A stretch of 64,000 bases of DNA, taken from the NCBI RefSeq assembly GCF_009914755.1, contig NC_060934.1; one strand, 5' to 3'. Each line of letters begins with the position of its first letter. Positions within the stretch are counted from its first letter, which is position 1. Below the pieces are notes generated by a model. The model saw nothing but the letters and a program-made list of their open reading frames with translations. It was not told the origin of the DNA and searched no databases. Shown one piece after another: positions 55,891 to 64,000 of the stretch. Origin of the DNA: the human T2T-CHM13v2.0 reference genome, Homo sapiens. Position numbers and translations under genes: made by a program.

Positions 55891-56919
55891 AAACACCCAT
55901 GGCTCTGAGGAAACCCTGACCCCAAGCCACCTTCTGCACAACACTATCCACTTTCATTCCTTCATTTATTGCAATGCTCATTAATGGAGCCCAATAAGCC
56001 CGACCCACTGTGAGCCTGGGCTGTACAGAAGAATTAGACAGGGAACGCCCTCTGGGGGTTCACAGACTAGTGACTCTGGTCATATGGTACCACATGGAGA
56101 AGTAAGAGGAGGTCACCAGACAGACTGGAGAGGGAAGGGGAAGGCCTTCCAGGAAAAGCTCACTTGTGCAAAAGCCCTGTGGCACCTGATAGCTTCTTGT
56201 GTTGTCAAGGGAACATGGAGGATAGGCAGTGAGACCCTCCGTAAGTACATATTCCATTTCCAAGGATTCTGATGTGAGTCTAGGGGTGGCCTGGGAGCCA
56301 TGAATTCTACACATTCCTCAGGAGATGCTGATTGCAGGATCCATGGACCACACTGGGAGCACAAGGAGCCTTTGAGGCATCCTGTATCAGGAGGAACATG
56401 ATCAGATTCAGGTGTCAGGCAGCCCAGAGTGACACAGTGGGGGAGCAGGAGACAGGCCTGGGGTAAGTGAGGAAGTGGAACTGGTGCAGGGGTCCAGGGG
56501 GCAGGGCCTGAACCCAGGCAATGCCCATGAGGTCAGAGAACAGGAGCGATTTGGAAGGTATTGAAGGAATGTAATCAACAGCTCCTGGTGACTGTTTGGA
56601 TAATAGGAAAAGGAAGAAGGAAAGGGTCAGGAACAGGTCCAGGTTTAAGGCTGGAACACAGGCAGTGGGTGTCCATCCTGGTGACCAGCAGGTAGAAGGA
56701 TGTGCCTGCCAGTGTCACACAGGGTGCCAGGTGAAGGCCATGTCACCTGCTGGCCACGGTGCCCTCCCCACCCATCTCTGAACCCCAGACCCCACCTCTC
56801 CCCAGCATGGCCCAGTCCGGAACACGCCATGTCCTGGAGACAGCCCGTGGTGAATGTTGTCTGGGGGAATCCAGGTGAGTCCATTGGCTGTAGATGTGAT
56901 GTCAGGAGGCCACGTGTGA

Positions 56920-57060
<141 letters not shown>

Positions 57061-58606
57061 TAAGTAGTTTCCAGAGAGACCCCTCCATTGTCCACCCCAG
57101 CCCCAGACACCACAGATGTCTCCACCCAAGAGCCCACAACCAGGGGATGTCCTGCTCCTGAAGCCACTGTGGACAGGAGCCCCCCACCGAGGTACAACCA
57201 GCCTGGCCTGGAGGTGGGCACAGGCCCAAGGGGCTCCATTGCCTTCTTTGCCCTGGTCCCAACCAAGAGAACCAACTGACACATTCATTCAGGGCCTGTC
57301 CTTGCCCAGAATCCCCAGAAAAGTCCAGCTCCCCCTCACCAGGAGCAGCCAGTCACTGGGCCCCAGTGTCTGAGCCATCTGCCATGGGGTGAGGACCCTG
57401 CAGAAGGCCCAGCTGGGAGTGAGCAGACCTGGGTTTGGGAACTGGCTCTGTCTCTTCCTAGGGCCCGGGGGCAAGTCAGGGGCAGTATGTCTCTACACCC
57501 CTTCGTGGGGCAGGAGTGCAGACCCTGCAGGATCTCGTGAGGCCCTTGCTGCTTCCCAGCCTACACTCAGTATGTGGAAGCTGTTATCGGTGAGACCGAG
57601 GACTGCGGCTCTCAGAACCTAGACACTGGTCCCTGGGTGGTCAGTGAGAGAGCCAGTCTTCAGATCCAGATGTCCCAGCACCTTGCAAGGCCACTGGCTG
57701 CCTCTCAGGCTCACCAGCCCTAAGGCAGAAAGCTTTCCCCTTTCTGCTGAATTCCACTGCCAAGCTGTGCTTGAAACTTCAGCTGGGGAGAAGGCTGGGG
57801 AGGAATGGACCCTGGATGGACTCCACCGCACCCTGCCACCACACACACGCAGGAATGGGCACCAGGGGGCACCAGTGAGCCATAGCAGTCCAGCCTGCGA
57901 GCATAAGAGAGCAGTGCTTTGGGCCACCTGGACAGCCTGAGCACTCCCTCAAAGCTAGAGGGGCAGGATGTGGCTGTGTAGAGCCCCAGCTCTAGGCCAA
58001 TTCAGAGGATGGAGGCGCTGGGTCTAAAGGCAGGCACTTGCCCCCTGTGAAACATGGAGGCAGCGCCCCTGAAGGAAGCTGCTCAGCATCAGGCTTCTGC
58101 CAGGGCTATGTGTGGTCCCTGTGTATACAGTTAGAAAAGAAGCCCTTCTGGGCCAACACTGTACTGTGCCTAAGCAAGGCTGGGTGAACAGGGCACAGCT
58201 GGGTGCCAGCCTGCTCACTCACCTGGCCAAGCCTCTTATGCAGTGCACTACAAGCACAACTGTCCCAGGCAGGTGGCTCCCAAACTGCACACTTTCTCTG
58301 CATTAGTGCAGACTTCCCAGTGAGCCCTGAGCCTCCAGCTGTCTTCCTCACTAACTCATGCAGCATCCTGAGAACATTTAACTTGCTTCCCCTTCGACCA
58401 GAAAAACAGGTCGGGGCAGCCTTTCAAAAACTTGTGGACCCTCTAGAGGGACTCAGGCAAATCCACTCATTGTGGAACCCACACCAAGGACCGCTAGGGC
58501 TTTCTGTTCAGCCAGGGCCCACTGCAGAGCATGCCCACAGCAGGGCCTGGCCCAGACTCCATGGCATCCAGTCTTGCTGGGGTTTTCCTGGGACACATTA
58601 TGCTAA

Positions 58607-58813
<207 letters not shown>

Positions 58814-59537
58814 TGAGCAGGAGGAGCTGAGCCCCTCAAAGTCTAGCTCCAGTGGTGGCTCCAGGGACCTTACCTGCCCCACTGCCCTCTCTGACCTAGA
58901 GGGTGGACATGAGGAATCATCGGAATGCCAGACATACTCCATGCTGATCAAATGGCAGGAATGTCCCAAGAAGTGCATCCTTCCTTCACAGAGCCGTACA
59001 GAAGTGGAACCGCAAAGGGGACCTCACCTTTCCTCCCACTGACCATGTGTGGTCTGAGCTTCCCAAGGGTGTGACATGGCCACTTCCCTGCCCAAACCCT
59101 TCTGAATCTCCCCAGTGCCTACTCATTCAGGTCCAAACTCCTCAGCCTGGTTTGAAAGGCACTTCAGGGTGGGACCCCAGAAAATCTTCACAGCCTCATC
59201 TCCTACTTCCACTTCACTGGGTGCATACCACTGGCCAGCTGGTTTCTGGTCAGAGAACCCAGGATTTCTTGCTCCCACCTTTTCAGTTTCATCCACGACC
59301 TTTTCTGCTAGTGTCCTTCTCCTCTCTGCTCCCTATCTGTGAAAACTGTGCCCCCTCCTCATGAACCCATCTACAATACAGGGAAGACAGCCCTCCAGGG
59401 AGACCATGTTGAAAAGCAGAGCCTCCATCCTTCCTGCCATTTAGCATCCCCATCCCAGCCTCCAAGTGGACCCCCAAATCTGATGTGGGGTGTGAGGACA
59501 AGCCAGGCAAGAGGGCCAGGGCCACAGGGGCCTGTGA

Positions 59538-60125
<588 letters not shown>

Positions 60126-62000
60126 GCGCTTGCTCCAGCCTGGAGGACGCTCAGTGAGGGGTCTACCTAGCTCAATGGCCCTCCCTGGAGTTTCAGGGTC
60201 TTCTCTGGTCAGCTTTTCAAGGGGTAACCAGACACCCCCACGCTGGCTGGGCCCCTGAGGCCATCAGGAGGTGTGACTGGCCAGCATTTCTGGAGAGGCC
60301 TCGAGGGAGGCACAAACAAGGCTCACGCCACCTCAAGCCAGCACAAGCTCCTTCCTCCTGGCCACAGGTGGGGAAACCCTTATGCTTCCCCAACAAGACC
60401 ATCACTGCCACTGCGCACGAGGCTGCAGGTGCCATTGACTCAGCCCAGAAGGGACAGAGGATGTCTGCCCAGCAAAAGCCTCTGGGCTTTTCTTACTCCC
60501 AACCCAGGGCACAACACTCAGTGAGGAACCTATGGTCCACCCATCTCTGCAGGCCCAGGGAAGTGTCAGTAACTTAAGCATCTCTAAGGCAGAGAAGGTG
60601 GCTGTGGGTCTTGACCAACCAAGACTGCTCAGGGTCGGGAGGGGAGGCTGCAGGCCTCTGGTGGGAGCAGCCGGGCCGTGGGCCACATTCTCTGCATGCT
60701 CTAGGGCTGGGGCTGAGCTGCTCAGGAAAACAATGCCGCTCTGTGCTCACTGTGGGAAAGCCAGGCCAGATGAGCAAAGCTCATTCCAGAAACATGGCTG
60801 GGGACTTCCAGCCTCCTTACCACATGGCCTTTCCAAGATTCCAGGTTGATGATGCAAACTGAAAGCAGTGAATGCCAGGGCCCAGAAGGCAATGTCTGCT
60901 GTCGGCAGGACCACAGAGGCTGCCCAGGGGTGGCACAGCACAGAGAAGTGTCAGTGCCATGTTTAGGCACTTGGTAGCAGAATAGGTGATAAATATAAAT
61001 GTCTTCAAAATGAAAGGAAGTGAGGGGGGAAGAAGAGGAGGGAAAATGGGAGGATAGGAGGAAGTGGGCAGGCAGGCAAGTTCTCTGCCATGGGGCCACG
61101 GAAGTGACAGTTAACCCAGAAGGAACAAAGACATCTGAATCAGATATTCCTTTGTAAATCTGTAAAGGATTTGCAATATAGGCTTTACTTCTAAAAATTG
61201 TTGTCGGGTCCATGAGGCTGTTGCCAGGAAGAGCACACACACCATTCTTCATGGCAACTGCAGTGAGGGAGCAGTCAGGAGGAAGAGTCCTGTGGCTTCT
61301 CAGTCCCTGTGGAGGCTAACGCAAAGCTCTGTAGAACAAGCCTTAGAGTGCATGCTCTATGGTCTAATGAGAAACTTGTGTTTGTGCTTGCACACGTTTC
61401 AATGTTCCCTACAGGATATTTTACAAAGGTATGAAAATAATGGCCAACCAGAAGCTAGTATCAGTTTGGGGCCTAAATGCAGCAGGTGTTCCTGATAAGC
61501 AGATAAGCAGAGCTCTTCCTGCAGTAGCCCAGGTCTCACCAAATGACAAATGGCTAATCAAGACACTCCTGCAAGCCCTTGATGGTGAGAGCTGCAGAGC
61601 TGTTTCTTCAGCTGCCATCAAGGCAGGACCTCAGGACCTGACTGTCTACAGTCAGGGAATAGTGAACAATATGGGATATGGGTATAGGTAGGTGGTAGAC
61701 AAGGATCGTGCCCCATGGCTGATGGGCCGGGTGTCTCAGGCAGGCCCCCTGTGCACAGAAAGAGCCTAAGTGCAGAGAAGCCAGGCATCTTTCCCCTGTC
61801 ATCTGTGGAAGGGGAATGTGATGGCCACAGACACCCTCATGGCACAGACATGGCCAGCCTCTGACGTTCCTCTGCATCAGAGTAGTTCTGTCCTCGAAGC
61901 CCCAGTCAGCAGAGCTGGATGACCAGATTGCAAGAAGCAAACCAGAAAGTGTGATGGCAGAGATGTCAGATCCCGTTTAATAAACACTTCAGTAAACCCA
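60126..62000 (+). other. TMEM72: TMEM72 3' UTR (~1.9 kb)
   Basis: Runs from the stop codon to the first canonical AATAAA I found that has a GU-rich downstream element. Confidence 0.7.
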
Positions 62001-62030
62001 AGTGTGGAGTGTTGTTTTGGGTGTGTTTTA
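61979..62030 (+). terminator. Polyadenylation signal with GU-rich downstream element
   Basis: AATAAA at 61979-61984, CA about 16 nt later, then gtgtggagtgttgttttgggtgtgtttt. Confidence 0.8.
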
Positions 62031-63053
62031 GAGATGTGTGTTGGGAACACCCTTTTGGAGGTGTCTTAGTGTGTGCCGGGAGTTCCAGTGATGATGCGAT
62101 GGAATTCTGAGGCACATAGGCTTCCTGGAGATTGTCATCAGTTAAGAGAGTGTCTGCTGGTGTGCAGCATTACAGGACAATTATGATCTTACCTAGGTTA
62201 GTAAAGTTCTCAAACACTCTTATGGCTACAAAACAAAAACAAAAAGCTGGAGTGAGATCATTAAATAGGCCAGAATTCTCACCCATCAGTGGACCAAGCA
62301 AGAAAGTGGCATCTTCCTCATAAGCAGATGAGCACCACGTGTCTCCATTGATTCTCAGCCTGTGACCTCTATGACCACATCCTTGTCCAGAAGAATCCCT
62401 GCAAAGCAGATGTTGTAATGATCTGCATCCTTGCCAAGAAGCAAAGACTAGAAGGACTGGCCCTGCCATGATCCCCCTCCCTACCTCAGCAGAGAGGGGA
62501 GCATTTTGTATATGAAGAACAGAGTGACAGGAAGAAGAAAGAGCACCAGGCTGAGCACCATTCGACCTCCACTAATACACGTCTGACCTTGTTCAAGCCC
62601 CTTCGCATCTCTGGCTCAGGTTCCCCTATTAAGTGCAAATCACAGCAGTAACTCAACAAGACATGGGCAAGTGCTTTTCAGAACTACCAACAAGTCACTG
62701 TGATTGCACTACATCCCTATCCCTACGGGGGACTCGCCGTGAGTGGGCACTGAGGAAGCACCACCCTGACTTGCGTCTGTGGCAAGGCCAGTTCAGGTCC
62801 AAGAGCTCCTGTCTCCACTCCAGGTTCCAGGGCTAGAGCCTGGGGAGGGTACAGCCCCCAATGCCTACCTCAGAGGAAAGTCATAGTGGACCCCACATTT
62901 CCTAGCAGCTGCACCCTGGGGGTCACACCGTGGGTCCTCTGTCTCCCTCTCCCATCAGCCCTAAGGTGGTTTTTTGTTGTTAGTTTTCTGAAATATCTTT
63001 ATTGAGATATAATTCATATAACATAAAATTCACCAATTTAAAGTGTACAGCTA

Positions 63054-63369
63054 GGCCAGGCACAGTGGCTCATGCCTGTAATCCAAGCACTTTGGGAGTC
63101 CAAGGCGAGTGGATCACTTGAGCCCAGGAATTTGAGACCAGCCTGGGCAACATAGCAAAACCCTGTTCCTACCAAAAGTACAAAAAATTAGCCAGGCATG
63201 GTGGCACACACGTATAGTTCCAGCTACTCAAGAGGCAAAGATGGAAGAATGGTTTGAGCCCAGGAGGTCAAGGCTGCAGTGAGCTGAGATCATTCCACTG
63301 CACTCCAGCCTGGGCAACTGAGTGAGACCCTGTCTCAAAATAATCTTTAAAAAATTTTTAAATTAAAAA
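63054..63369 (+). mobile_element. Alu, AluJ-like
   Basis: TSD aaagtgtacagcta at 63040-63053 and 63370-63383. Confidence 0.9.
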
Positions 63370-63401
63370 AAAGTGTACAGCTAAACAGTTTCTAGTAGAT
63401 T

Positions 63402-63689
<288 letters not shown>

Positions 63690-64000
63690 TCTAGTAGATT
63701 CTCAAACTATGTTCATCACAATGTAAATTCACAACATTTTCATCATCCCCCAAAGCAAACACAACCTAGCACCCGTTCGCACTCACTCCCTACCTCCCAT
63801 CACCTGCCCTAAGCAACCACTAATCTACTTTCTGTCGTATAAATTGAATCATATAATACTGGTTTTTTTGTGACTTTGTTCACTTAGCGTGATATTTCTG
63901 AGGTTCATCCATGTCGTAGCATGTATCTTTATTTTATTTCTTCTCATGGCTGAATAATACTCCATTGTATGGATATACTACCTTCTGTTTATCCGTTCGT

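Overview
Human (or very close great-ape) genomic DNA, repeat-rich, containing one complete spliced protein-coding gene on the + strand: TMEM72. I recognised it from the protein sequence (recalled locus 10q11.21). Five coding exons (36231-36300, 52636-52702, 56988-57059, 58627-58766, 59647-60125) have GT-AG introns and join in frame into 828 nt = 275 aa + stop. The promoter carries two HNF1-type sites, and the poly(A) signal is at 61979. The rest is upstream or intronic DNA filled with Alu, L1, L2, MIR, LTR and DNA-transposon relics plus micro/minisatellites; nearly all ORF-track entries are spurious. Highlights: (1) the TMEM72 membrane domain resembles Flower/CACFD1/Tvp18 motif by motif, with an in-frame skippable exon 3 carrying the conserved Glu; (2) its cytosolic tail has a SILK + RVxF + hydrophobic-pair set typical of PP1-targeting proteins; (3) three non-transposon local duplications (101, 102 and 286 bp; donors 1.2-1.7 kb upstream; about 6%, 2% and 0% diverged) each have junction micro-duplications, and the youngest brackets exon 2 with perfect direct repeats. 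Repeat subfamily names come from recognising consensus sequences by eye and need RepeatMasker/Dfam confirmation.
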